Of a DNA stretch of 64,000 nucleotides, positions 26,665 through 39,419 are shown one piece after another; position 1 is the stretch's first letter, and the number at the start of each line of letters is the position of its first letter. This DNA comes from Lama glama (lineage: Eukaryota), in NCBI GenBank assembly GCA_028534125.1, contig CM052817.1, positions 3,660,001 through 3,724,000 of the forward strand. Reading direction: 5' to 3'. The position numbers were made by a program, and so were the translations under genes. A model generated the notes under the pieces. The model had not been told where the DNA came from and did no database searches. It saw only the letters and a list, made by a program, of their open reading frames with translations.

Positions 26665-28174
26665 CTTAACAGAAAATAAATGATTTTTCACCATTGTAAA
26701 TATTAAATAAGTGAAATGTGAAGTATCATTACAAAAAAACGAAAAGCTCAAAGACTAAAACCACATTTGTTAGATGACAAAGACGCAGCTCTTTCATAAA
26801 CCAAAAATATTTTTTACAAAAGTAAAATAAGCTCACTTAAAAAAATCTGAAGTATGAAGATTAGCAGAAGGAAGAAAATAGCAATTACCCCTAATTCCAA
26901 CAGAGATAAACACTTAACTTGTGGGTGTTTCCCCCCTTCAGTCTCCTAAGAAACTCTGCTGCAACCACAGCGCACTGATAATCATCAGCAGAGCACCCGA
27001 ATGGCAAGCACCACATATACGTATGAATACATTCCCTGGCCAGTTTTTCAAGGGTGCAAGTACCTGCTACGTGGTTCATTTCTTTTCTTTAATATATATA
27101 TACAGATTTATACAATAGTTCTGACATCTAAACGTAGTGTGCAGCTTCAGATCCTGTTTAGAAAAATAAAGTGCATGCTCTCTTTCAGAAATGTGCTGGG
27201 GAATTTGCCAGGCCCTTGGAAAGGGGGAGGGTGGCCATGTCCGGCTGTTTGTGCCCCGGGCTATCTGGACGACTGTCCTGGCTGCAGGAGGACAGGGCAC
27301 GGTTTCCCACAGCCTACGTTTTGGAGCGCTTTACAAGGACTGGTCCTCACAGTGCGCTGGATTTTACCCACAGCCTCTACCTACCTTTTTAATCCTCCAT
27401 TTCTGGGTTTCTCTTCCCAACTACCCACAAGCCCACAATTTCCAAGGACCAAAAATTATTATCAAAAGAAACATTTCCTCTTTAGATTTCACCAATATTA
27501 AATGTCAGGGTTGGCAGGGGCCTTAGGAATTCCAGCCTAAGGTTTTATAATCTCTCTCTTTTTGAAAAGCTGTGGAATCTTTCTATTCAAACGTAATGTT
27601 CTACGGAAACTCAATACTTAAACAGAGATAAGCTATGGCCTGGTACAATGGAACAATCCCTCTACTCCACTAAGGTCTCCAAACACAATCATCAAAGTCC
27701 ACGTCCTCATCAGATCCATGGAAACCCAGATGCCCAGAGGGAGAGGGGACTTGCTGAGATCAGCCAGCCACACTGCAGATCCCAAAGCAGCAGCAGGCTA
27801 GTCCAGGGACTGTCCTGTAGTACTGAGGTGCCTCCAAAGTGCCCAGCTTAGAGATACCTCCTGGTGTGTGTTTCTTACAGTTACCAGCCAGTCTGTAATT
27901 AATAACAGCTCCCTAAGTATTTGTGAATGCTAAATTAAAATGAAAAATCACCTGAATGGAAAATCCTGGTCAAAACTTCTACTTAAGGCAAGTTTTCCAA
28001 ATTAGCCATTTGGTATCATCTAGAACACACATCAGCACAGGGAAGGACGAGGGCCCCGCAGTGGGGACAGGCTGACCCCTCTTCCCCTCATGAGCGTCCT
28101 TTTCTAATGAGGAGGTGATGAGCTAAGATGCTTCTCCCCCAAAGCAAACCCTCTATAGACGCCTCCTCACTCAC

Positions 28175-28293
28175 GCTGGCCTGTCTTCCAAGATGAGCGC
28201 GGTGGTGGAAAGTGGCTCGAAATCAAGATTCTTCCTCACATTCTGCTTTGGAGAGGGTGGCCTGCTAGGTCGTCCAGCCTTGTCATCATATTC
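28175..28293 (-). CDS. TBC1D14: TBC1D14 exon 4 equivalent, [40 protein letters not shown]
   Basis: 119 nt; acceptor ctttctttgtcctag|GAA; donor AGC|gtgagt; phase 0 to 2. Confidence 0.97.
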
Positions 28294-29974
28294 CTAGGAC
28301 AAAGAAAGCAGGGATGATTCCAGGCCCAGCCAATTCTGATATTACGGCGCACTTCTGAAAGTGGAAAAAAGTTGTTTTGTTATGACGTCCTTTAAGCCAA
28401 TTTTGAGGATGAGGCACTGAAATATTTCATGCCCTTCAGAAGGAAAAACGACCAGTGAAGGGAGTCCTACAGCTCCACAGCCCAGACCATCACTGTGTGA
28501 GGACCGAGGGCCTCCCACATTGGTAGGGAAGTCACTAAAGACCTCATCAACCCAGCTGCCCCTTTATAAGGGCGCACAAACATCATCTCAGGTCTCCAAT
28601 GGTCCTTCCAGTAAGAGGTGTGTTTTCTGTCTTCTGGACACTGTAAATTTTAACTGATTATTGCAGTGGCCACTGGGAAGCTCAGAGCCTGAGTGACAGT
28701 CAATTGTAGCATTCATCTGACCCCCTGGCTTTATCTCATATACGCACTCTCATTCTAACTTTCTAATGCATTTCCTTTTATCCCACAACATTTTATATAT
28801 TTTTGTTAGCCCTTTAAATCTTGTCTGAAATGAGGAAGGGGTTGAAAACTTTTTGCTTGAAAATGATTAAAGCTGTTCAATTTCCTTAAACCAGAAACTT
28901 TAAAAAAGAAATTCTTTAATATCCTTCTATGAAGCCATCACTGCAAGCTCTTGCATAAATAATCATGCCATGCCCTGGAACTCTAAGAGCAGCCTCCGTA
29001 CTACTGGCCACTAATTTCTCCTATGGACTGCAACCACAAACCCTCGGTCACACCTGGTGACCCACATTCCAAACACCCAACCAGCAGAGTCCAGGAGAGC
29101 CAAGCAACCTGTGCCAAAGAGTCCAGTTTCTGAAATTGTGTGCGGGGAGCTGTGTGTGGCTGTGCGTACACCCTCAGCCCTTGGCAAAAATAAAAAACCC
29201 AGTATTTTCCTGTTGCTTATTACCAAGACTCAGGACCCCTCCTAAGGCAAGGCGACCTAACTGGGAAGACAGGACAGACAAATGAGCAGTTATCCTCCGA
29301 TTTAAATAACCATTCCAGATACGATATAAGCAGTATCAGGGTGGAAGTGATGAATCGCTAAATGGATTTTATTGACACCAGTTGTCGAGAGAGATGTTAC
29401 TGGCAAAATGATTCGGCAAGCAATTATTTTCTCAGTCGGAGAAGCTTATCTAGGCTTCTAAGAAGTTAAAAGGAAAAATTATTTCTTCAAAATCCACAGG
29501 CTGTGAGAAGGGAGTGCACCGAGAAACAGGCGGGTGGGGCAGTTTCTGTACATCCGGACGTACAAGGTTAGCTGTCTTAACGTTGTTTACCCTGACATAA
29601 AATGGTTCCATTAACACTAAAATGACCTCCACTTACCCAAGGCTGAGAAGATGGACTCCCTTTTTCATCCATTCTTACATCTGAGCACCTGCATGCGCCA
29701 GGCACTCAGCTGCAACTCAATATGGAACCAAGCGGCCATCAGGAAGTGTCACATCTAGTACCTGGAGGTAAACTCTTAAATTTTATAGGGAATCTACCAA
29801 AAAGTTGTGTGCTGAGAAAGCCTGAGGCACACTGCATTTTAACAAGAATTGGTAGTGAATGTCCTGTAAGGCGCTACTTCCAGCTGACTCCGTTCTAATG
29901 AGCTACATGCCAAGACCAAAGATGCTGAGCCCCCAAGGCAGGTGCCCCAGAGTGTGATGTCTGTTCCCACTTGC

Positions 29975-30115
29975 TCTTGTGTGCTTTACACACTTCATCT
30001 CATTTTATTTCCACTACAACCTCCGTGGCAAGTGTCACCGGATTCTACAGGAAGGGTCACTGAGGTTCAGAGTGAAGTGACTTGCCCCCAAGTACACAGT
30101 CAGCAAGGAGCTGGG
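29975..30115 (-). mobile_element. MIR SINE fragment
   Basis: CATCTCATTTTATTTCCACTACAACC...ACTGAGGTTCAGAGTGAAGTGACTTGCCC. Confidence 0.6.
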
Positions 30116-33100
30116 CCTGCAGGACTCCCCACTCTGCCACTCCGAGCAGGCCCGCCCTGCTCCCCACCCACCCCCCGCAGATACACTCAAACAGGTGTGC
30201 AACTCTACAGGGAAAAGGCCGAGTCCTACACAGGCTGAGTGAGGCCTATGGAGCCAGACAGGTCTGGGAGCAAATTCAGAACCACCAAGAACCAGCTGCG
30301 ACCTCCACCAAAGCACTGGCTTAGAAAACCCCTGCGCCGCATTTCCGCACCTGCAGGAGGGGAACAGCACTACCAGGGAGGGCTGTCTAAGGAGCAGCCG
30401 GGGCCTGGGAAGCGGTCAGCGTGGCCTGTGGGCCCAGGACGCGCTCTGCACAGGGTGGCCCTGCTTCCCCTAGACCTGAAACAACTGTGCAAGGCAGAAA
30501 AAACACTTTAGGGCCAAACAACCATCAAGGGGCCCTGGGAAGTCTGTAAATTGCACAGATAGGAAAAGGAGGAGCAATCTTAATTAAATGCCTTGATTTG
30601 TGATTTAAAAGCAGTCTCTTCAGTTAGAGCTCAGAGGGTCAGGGCCAAGCACTTTCTGAGGGCTTTACACACACCAAGCAGGCTCAACCTCCCCTTTACA
30701 CCGGCCCTCCCAGGGAGGAGCCGCTATCGTCCCCACTTCCCCAGGGCACAGACCACCGGGAAGGCGGAGGCCAGGCTGGGGCTGGAGGAGCTGGACCAGA
30801 AGCCAAGCACCCGAGCTCTGCAGCCACACTGCTCCCAGTAGGCTCACTGGAACTCCTGAACCAGACTAATTCCATCATTCATACTCAAGTCCAAACAAAG
30901 CTTTAACTATGACACAAACCCGTAATAGTGAATTAAGTGCAGATGCAGGGCAAATGCTTATGTTTTAATCACATAGAGCACTGCATGATTAAAAAAAAAA
31001 ATTAAAGGAGACCTGGCCTGCCCATACTTGAAATCCCAAGAAAAGCCTTTTCAAAATTGTAAATGGCATTTCAGAACGTGAATGGCACTGGAAACTGTTA
31101 CAGGTCCTACTCCAGAGGTGTCCTCAAAGAGCTAGCCAGAGGGCTCAGCACGGAGCTCGTCTTCTAGACCAGACAAACCGACTTCAGGAACAAGAGAGGA
31201 CTTATTCACTCTAAGGATCCTCTTTTTCCAGGGCAGTGGGGCACAGGTGGATAGTACAGTGACGGATAAGAAGTCTCTGTAAAAACAACTTTCAGCTGTG
31301 AATGAATGATCAACACTGGGGTCCACGTGTGATGTGGCAGGAGCTGGGGCTTTGGATCAAAAAGACTTAGTTCTAAGTCCTAGCTCTGATCCGAGGCAAG
31401 CCATCTTGCCTCTCTCTCTGCTATAAAACGGGAGGAAGGGCAAAGACTCCCGTGATTATGCGACACGCCGTAACTGCCCATAAAGCGCGAGTCTTTCCTT
31501 CCTGGGTGTCAGGCCAGCGGCAGCCCGGTCCTAGCCGCAGTACAACTCATTGTTTTCTCAGGACCCTCCTGGGATCAAGTTTGGAAGTCTCTTGGTTTAA
31601 ACCAAGTAACACTACCATTCACTGCTGTGCTCACCAGAAGCCCTGCGTGCGGGCTAATCAGTATAAACTGCCCGCTCAAGCCTCTGCTGCATATCCCAAC
31701 ACCCTGCATAACCTCACAGGGAACTTAGAACAGGGCCCTTCCAAGTTCTCCTGGCAAATCGGTTTACATGGTCATGACAGCGTTGTTTTTTTTTTTCAAT
31801 CAAACAATAAAAAAACAGAGTTTACACAGGAAAGAGTTTGTCTCAGTTCTATACCTAGTTACAGCTGCGCCTTTATGAGCACTGTCTCAACCTAAATTGT
31901 CCAACACTGGGGATGGGAGTTGGGGGGCTGTGTTAAAAACACTTTGGAGGCCACTAATTTAGAACAGGTCACAGTCCCTGCCCAGAGTAGTTTATCTCGT
32001 ATCCTGTTGGGAAGATAAGACCAACAGCAGAGAGACAGCAACAAACAAACCTACTGAACCCAACCAGGGGCTAAGCTGTTGGGTGTGGGCTTTTGGGAAA
32101 AAGCAGTAAGCAAGCAGTAAGCCAGGGCAGCTGAACAGTCTCAGCTCCACCTGAGGGAAAGGACCTCATTTGTGAAGCAGCCGCCTGGGGCCTGGCACTT
32201 TAGGAGAACTGCAGACCCCAGCCTTGAAGGGCTCACTGAAGTAGGGGCAGTAAGATGCCAGCAGAGGCCATGAGACCAAGTTAGATAATGAAAAATGCCA
32301 CAAGAGGGCAAGCCACATGCTGCAGGGGCCCCAGGGACAGGACGCCTAATGGCTGGAGGGAATCACAGAAAGCATCTCATAAAGGGTGCCATCCGAGCAG
32401 ATAAAGGACAGGGGAGGTCTGCGCTGGAACCATGAGGGAGAGGCACCCTGACAGTACAAGTAGCAGCCAAGAGATGACGGTGGGCAGGCCTGTTTGTGGG
32501 TTAGCAGGAGCACTTTAAATAGGGAATGATGCTGAGCCAAAGCCTTTTGGTCCTAGATTTTATGGTCTCAATAACAAGCCACCCAGTGCTGGTGGGACAA
32601 GCCAAGAGCGAGTGGGAGTTGGGGACAGGGAGATTTAGTGCAGAGCCAGAAAGTAAACAGTGTGAGGTGTGATGAGCCCTGAGACACATCCGATGGCAAG
32701 CGCTGTCTCGTGTGCATGATCTGAGCAGTGCTGAAGATGAGGATACGGCATCAGATCCTAAATTAAGCGGAAGATCTGCCAGTTAAAAAAGAAAAAAAAG
32801 AAGCCTACCTCGACAGACATTTGTTTAAGAGGAAGAGAAAAGATCAAGATGCTCAAACAGTGAAAAGGAAGACTTCCTGGTAAGACGACAAGAGAGGTGT
32901 CAGGGCTACGTCCAGAACTGGAAGAGTGTTGTAAGAGATAACCAACTACACCCAAATGTGGCCAGCAACGCCCCCTGGCTTCCTGGGAATCTGTGCCAGC
33001 TACAAGGAGAAAGGGTCATCAGTGAAAACCTGTGCTTAAGCCTTTGACTCAATAGCATCAAGATTAGCCTGTTAAAATAACCAGAGGGTTTTAGAGGTAT

Positions 33101-34342
33101 GTCTGGAATAAAGCATGGCAGGTCACCACGTGATACTTATTAAAAGACTGACAGGAATCAATTTGAGTGACAACACAGCAACCACATGGGCCCAGGTTGA
33201 AGACCCTGCAGGGGAAGCACTGGGGGCTGGCAGCAGGCCTGGGTCTAACCATCACCTCCAGACAATCAACACCAGCAGCATGACCCTGAGGTCATCCCTT
33301 CACCCCTCCAAGCCCGTTTCCTCCTCTATTAAATAAGAGTGAGTTAATATAATACACATAGCAGGTGCCCCCCAAAATAACAGGGAGTATTACTGTCACT
33401 GTATTACTACAAAAATACTACAAAACTACTTTTTGCGGTATTTCCCATTAAGAGGGGCACTTAATACGGTTGTGAAGACTGACAGTGAAGTGCCCAGTGT
33501 GCAGCTGGTTTCACTTTGTCATTTGTAACAAGCAACTTTTGCGGAGAGAGGGGCGTTGTTCTAGAATCTGGGACGAGATGTGTTTTGTGTGGCCATTTTT
33601 AGCAGAGAAGAGGGACCTGACCAGGTCTGACAAACGCTTGGCCTTCCAAACGACTGCAGTCTTGGGGACCAATGAGGCTGACCTCACAGTAAGAAGGACC
33701 CCTAGAATCCCAGGAGGGGTCCTCATACTTGAAGTCTTTGCACTCTCTAGGGTACCGGAAACGCTGGCATTTGGGACAGCAACTCTCGGGAGGCCTTTCT
33801 AATTGTCACATTCCTTACAATACATCTAGAACACAGAAGTTAATCCGTCTACTGGTGAATGAAATGCACTGAAACTGATCCGTGGGTTTTAATAAGGCTG
33901 GTTATTGCTGCAATTTGACCACCTTATTAGGACCTGGAGCAAACAGGGTACAGCCTCATCTCCGTACAAAGGATTCCCCCCAGGATCTCGGGCAATGAAT
34001 GCCATTTAGGCCTCTAAGAGGGGTGCCCAGCCTGGCCTGACCTCAATCTGAAGACAGGCTGCAGTCCCATTTTGGGAGACAGGAATTAGGATGAGCTGGC
34101 TCTCTCTCTTCAGTCTCCCACTGTGCCCGTTAAAACTCAACCCTGTCAGGAAATTATATGGAATCACAGACAAAGAATGGCAGGGAGAAGGGAGCATCAC
34201 CGCGGTACATGCAAGCTTCAGCTCCTTGGAACGGAGGCATGTTACACACACACATGCACACGGCGCACCCACGCAGGGGCCCGCGGGCCGGCGATGGGCG
34301 GGTAGGCCCCTCGGAGGGCGCGGGCGGGCCGGCCCCACTCAC

Positions 34343-34345
34343 CAT
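34343..34345 (-). CDS. TBC1D14: Start codon at the end of an alternative first exon (short TBC1D14 isoform, M-EYDDK...)
   Basis: Minus strand reads gcgttcATG|gtgagtgg; phase 0 matches the exon starting at 28293. Predicts ~413 aa, the length I recall for a short human isoform. Confidence 0.75.
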
Positions 34346-34359
34346 GAACGCCACGGGGC

Positions 34360-34386
34360 TCAGAGGCGCGCGGCCGGCGGCTCCAT
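34360..34386 (-). promoter_or_regulatory. Candidate uORF MEPPAARL* in the alternative first exon
   Basis: gggcATGGAGCCGCCGGCCGCGCGCCTCTGA; G at -3 and +4; stop 14 nt before the isoform ATG. Confidence 0.5.
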
Positions 34387-35409
34387 GCCCAGGCGGGCGA
34401 GCGGGGCTCCGCGGCGGGACCTCGGGCGGCGGCTCCGGCGGGCGGGGGCGGCAGTCCGCTCAATCGCGCGCAGATGCCGCGCAGCCGATCCGCGACTCCG
34501 GTTCGGCGCGTCAGGCCTGGCTCGCCGGGACGCTGGGCAACGGGGCGGGCCCGGGGCGGGGCTGGCGCGCGAACCCCGGCTCCCCACGGCCCCGGGTGGG
34601 GGGCGTCCCTCCAGCGCCCGGCGCCCTCAGGACACTGGACAAGCCCCTGCAGGCGCGGAGTCTAGAGATGCGATGCCCAGCCCCGCTCCGAACCGGGCCG
34701 GCCTAAATGCGCACACTCAGCATGATGTGCTGCGTTCTCAGCACACACGTTTCGTACCTGAAAACATACGCTCCAAAAACGAGCAGCGAAACACCGAGCA
34801 CCGTACGCCAAAGCTCTGCTTTGTGAGATTTTTTTTTAAAGAGCATGCGTATTAACCAGAAGGAATTACAAGAAAATGTTGACACTGGTAACCTCTGGGG
34901 AGTGGGGTGATTATGAGCAATCTTACTCTCTTCCTTATACTCTACTGCGGTTCACGTGTTTTCCACAGTAAGATCAGTCCAATCAAAACGCCAGGGTGCA
35001 CGCAGAAAACACACAATGGGAGGAATCTGACTAGTGACTGCTTCTGGGAGACTGACTGGGAAGGGGCATTAGAAACTGTACAGGGGGCGATAAAATATTA
35101 TCTTGATAAGCATTCATCAAAGCTAATTGAATAGTTTACTGCAGATGAGAGCACGCCACAGTTTGTACATCATATCTCAATGTTTTAAGTCTTTAAAATC
35201 TGTATAAGGTCAAATTTATTTCAGGCCAGCCATGGGTCCAATGTCCAAGGGCTGAACAAATGGTCTGAGACAACACGGGATTCTCCTGTGATGGAAATTC
35301 ACCAGTCCCCAGAGGATGAGTACCAGGCTTTCTCCAGCTGATTTTCTAGATAACAGCATTACAAGGTTGCCATCAGAAACTTCTTCACTCAGAAGCCTAC
35401 AATGTCCAA

Positions 35410-36043
35410 CAAGCTATAATCAAGAAAGCAATGACAAGTGATGTTGAGTATGTGGAGAATCTGGAATTTTTGTAAGTCACTGGTAGTTGCACCCATTTCG
35501 GAAAAGAATCTGACAGTTTCTTGCATAGTTTATATACATCTACCACACTCCTAGGAACCTACCCAAGAGAAATTTAAAAAAATGCATCCACAAAAAGACT
35601 TGCATGCAAATGTTCACAGCAGCATTATTCATAATAGCCCACACCAAAAACAATCCAAAAACCCATTGAGTGAGGGCTGGATAAACAGCATCTACAGAGC
35701 GATGAAAAGGGGCACTGATACTCGCTGCCACATGGACACCACATGGGTGAGCCTCAGGAACACTGCTGAATGAAACATGCCAGACAAAAGATAATATGCA
35801 TATTCCATTTATATGAAATTTCTTTACAAAGCAAATCTCTAGAGAGAAAGCAAATTAATGTTTGCCTGGAGCTGGAGGCGGGAGCGGAGAGCCACTGCAA
35901 ACAGGCAGGAGGGAACTTTTTCAAGTGATGAAAATATTCTAAAACTGGATTGCAAAGATAGTTGCATAACTGTACAAGTTTATTAAAAATCATGAACATA
36001 TACAATGAGTGAACTTTATGGTATAAGGCAATTTAAAAAAAAA
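35410..36043 (+). mobile_element. L1MB/ME-type LINE-1 3' end with short A tail
   Basis: CCCAAGAGAAAT..AAAA..CATCCACAAAAAGACTTG...AATGTTCACAGCAGCATTATTCATAATAGCC...ATTCCATTTATATGAAAT...GTGAACTTTATGGTAT..AAAAAAAA. Confidence 0.85.
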
Positions 36044-38271
36044 TAGTAGGATTAAAGGGGAGAGGTTGATTCTGGCTGTATTAGGGAAAGCCTTGTTAAG
36101 AAAAATCATTCAAAATGTGGAAATAAGACAAAAGCACAGGGGAGGGGTGTCTTTTCAATTTATCCCTGGGCATTGTTAGCATGCCTGCCTCGGGTGTATG
36201 TAATTCTCTAAGAGAATGTGCTGTGCTATTACCACTCGATTAGAGCCCAGAAACTGTTACGTGACATATTACCTTGTGGGTTTATGTCCAATGGAAAAGA
36301 TAACTGCAAAGATTACGTTTTCTTATCCCTAGGAGTTTGCTTGTTTGTTTACATCTAACCTAGCAACCTTATTTTAATTTTTTTTTTTTTGCTTTTATGC
36401 CCATAAATACCTAGTTCTTCAAATGCCTTTGGAATCAATTTTGCCATCTTAGTGGTTCATTTAACTGACTCACTTAACACATCTGCTCAATGTGTTAAGT
36501 GAATCTTTTACGGTCCTAAGAAAAGGTAAATGTCATGAAAAGAATAGTAGAATAACTTATGTTAAGAGAACAAAGGCACAAGTAACTGAGGGCAACGCAC
36601 AAACCTGACTGGATGCCGGTTCATGAAGAGCAGTGCGGTGCAGTGAGGGAAAGTAGGACATGATCTGGGCATGAACCTGGTCTGCACACCATCATGGTCA
36701 GATGCTATTACAGAACTACTGATAATTTTCTGAAGTGTGATAGCACCTTCATGGTTGTGTAGAAAGCTGTATGCTGGTGTATTTATGGGTAAGATGTCAT
36801 GATATCTGCAGCTTAGTGTCAAATGATTCCATTTTTTAAAGCTAGAAAGAGGCACAATAAGAAGGAATGTGGCAACATGTCAACAACTGTTCAGTCTGAG
36901 AGGAGCACGTACAGCTGTTCATCGTTAAATTACTCTTTGAACCTTTCTGTAGGTCTGACATTCTTCTTCACTAGGGGAATAAACCAGTAAGAAGGCTGGC
37001 AATGAATCCTTCAGATCTCATCCCCACAGAAACGCTCCCTGCCCTGCCATGCAGACTATAGCAAGACCCTGTCGGTCTCTCTCCCAGCGTCCGGTTCTGT
37101 TTCCTCGCAGCACTTACTCACAACTCTGATTAACACTCATTTCCCTCAAGAGACTGCAGAACCTCTACGTGTGGGGACTTGCTACAGACTTTTCAGCACT
37201 GAAGGCAAACAAAGTACACGGCACAGAGGGGACACTCAGCATTTGTGGAATCCATCACTGGTCCATCCTGCTTTCAACCATCCAAATGAGCACTTAGGTG
37301 CTTGGCCCCAGGAATAAAGATGAATAAGGTCCTTGCCCTCGAGTCTCTCCCAGATCAGCAGACAGACAACTACTACACTACTGGAGTGCTTGGTCCTATG
37401 ACAGAAATCTGAGGTTTCCAAAAGCTGACCGGCCCAATGGGTTACTGGTGACTTTCTGAAAATAACTCCTACAGCTGCAAGGGAGTTAGCTCCGTTCTCA
37501 CAGAGGGGTGGGGTTCTCAGCCGCTTGATGCCCCCCACCAACGACTAATGCTGCACATGCCTTAGCAGCTGGCCCACATGCTCACTGAACTTGAATACGA
37601 GAGAGACATGTTAAGATCTCACCAAAACACACTGCTTATCTCTTCTGGCAGATTGTAACCTGCAAGTTACTTTAACAATAGTTCTAGCAAGTATTTTAGA
37701 ATTGAGTACCACTTACCAAGTTTTAACTGTATATTATACCATGCGATGGCAGGTTGACTTTTACTACATTTTGAAACTTAAAAAAAAGGTAAGTTAACAG
37801 AGCCTTTTCTCTACCTTGAGCTGGCATTAGACTTTACCTCCATCTTCGTCCACCTGTAAAGGATTCTTCCTCCTGAAGTTTCTGAGTTAACCAGTGCTCA
37901 CCCCCAGGCCTCCTGTACCTCCGGCAGCACGCTGGGTTTATCTGCTTATTTGACTAATCTACAACATTGTTGTCTCTACCCTTTGAGGTCAAGGAGGAAA
38001 GACGGCGTGATTTGATGCAGCGTCCTAACAGACAGGCTGAACCCAGCCTTGCTACAGACCACAGATTTCACAGGAACAAAAGGTTACTGAAGTCAGGACT
38101 TCAGGGCCCAGTCTAGGAGACTGGTTAAGGAAATCATGATACAGTTACAGAAAGGCCATGACTTAGTGAGTAAAAATGAGATCATGCAAGAATATTTAAT
38201 GATATGGGGAAATGCCTATGTTGTCATAGAGATAAGTATAAAGTCTACAAAGTGGTATGTTTTGAAATTTT

Positions 38272-38350
38272 GACATTCATTCATCCATTTAACAAATATG
38301 TTTTAACGATCCACTGAAGCCAGGTACTGTTCTAGGCCCTGGAGATAAAT
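38272..38350 (-). mobile_element. L2 3' terminus
   Basis: CATTCATTCATCCATTTAACAAATAT...GCCAGGTACTGTTCTAGGCCCTGGAGATA. Confidence 0.7.
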
Positions 38351-38367
38351 GTGTCAATGGAAACAAG

Positions 38368-38580
38368 CTGGAGTGATGCAAACACAAGGCAAGGAATGCC
38401 AGCGGCTTCTAGACGCTGGAAGAGAAAGAACAGATCCTCTCCCGGAGCCCCGCCAACACTTTGGTTTTAGCCTGGAAGCCTCATTTCAGGCTCATGACCT
38501 CCAAACTATAGGAGAATAAGTCATTTTACGCCACTGAGTTTTGTGGTTATTTATTATAGGAGCAACTGGAAACAAATACT
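38368..38580 (+). mobile_element. MLT1 (ERVL-MaLR) LTR, 3' half
   Basis: CACAAGGCAAGGAATGCCAGCGGC..CTAGA.GCTGGAAGAG...CCAACACTTTGGTTTTAGCC...TGACCTCCAAAACT...TTTGTGGTTATTTATTATAGGAGCAA..GGAAACAAATAC. Confidence 0.8.
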
Positions 38581-39419
38581 GGCACCATCAGCATCAGCTC
38601 CCCCACCTCCGTCTCTTCCCAGATACAGCAACTAACGCTCGGGGTAACCTCCCCAGTCAGGTGACAGCTGGTCAGTGGCAGGGCAGGATTTAAACCCAGG
38701 CAGCCTGGCTCCAGAGCCTCTTCCTGTCAACTCCCCTGATGTGCTGCCTCTGAACCAAGATTTCAGTTTCCCAAAACAGTGCCCCCTTTCTGGCCCTAAG
38801 GCCACATTAGCTATCAGACCCAGGCATAAGACCAAGGAACAAATGTAGCTCATTAATTCAGGGGTACCGTGGAGCTTCTGGCGACAAAGGGAACACTCCA
38901 CCTGAAGTGATTACACACGCCACCAAGATGGTAAGTAACATTCTGAGTTCAACTTAGACAAGTAACTAAAAGGAAGGTTTAGAGGAAACAAAGGAAAGTA
39001 AGGTGAATAGCCTTGCTCCCCTCCAGTCCGAGGCTCCCCCAAGTCCCACGGGGGCGCTTGCTGGGCTTGCCTCCCCGGGAGCGCGGGCCGAGCCCTGCGC
39101 CGTGCACCGCAGCCCCGGACAAGCCGGCCGGCCGGTGCCCGGCGACCCCTGCAAGGCCCAAGAAGTGTCTCCCCTGCCGCGCCCACAGTGCTTAGAGATT
39201 AAAAAATACTTTAAAATCTCAGTCTTTCACTGGGAATTAGATCAATGTGAAAGAGGTTTTCTCTGGCTGTTCGTGTTTTCATACCAACACGTTAAATTGC
39301 GCGGGGAAGGGCAGAGGCCACCTCCCCAGTCTCCCGAGGACGCTGCCTCGATTCAGCTACGTCCGTGAAATGCACCTTTCTGGTTCAGATTGCACAACAG
39401 GCCACCCGACTGCAGAGGG

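Larger units (their letters stand above)
34200..34810 (-). promoter_or_regulatory. TBC1D14: Intragenic CpG island / internal promoter of TBC1D14
   Basis: Very GC- and CpG-dense core 34260-34710; tandem GC boxes GGGGCGGG at 34542-34549 and 34553-34561; contains a sense-strand splice donor at 34342. Confidence 0.85.

Noticed and set aside
34091..34855. 254-aa plus-strand ORF (and the overlapping 182-aa ORF)
   Set aside because: Low-complexity Arg/Gly/Ala/Pro translation of a CpG island, where stops are rare; no recognisable domain.
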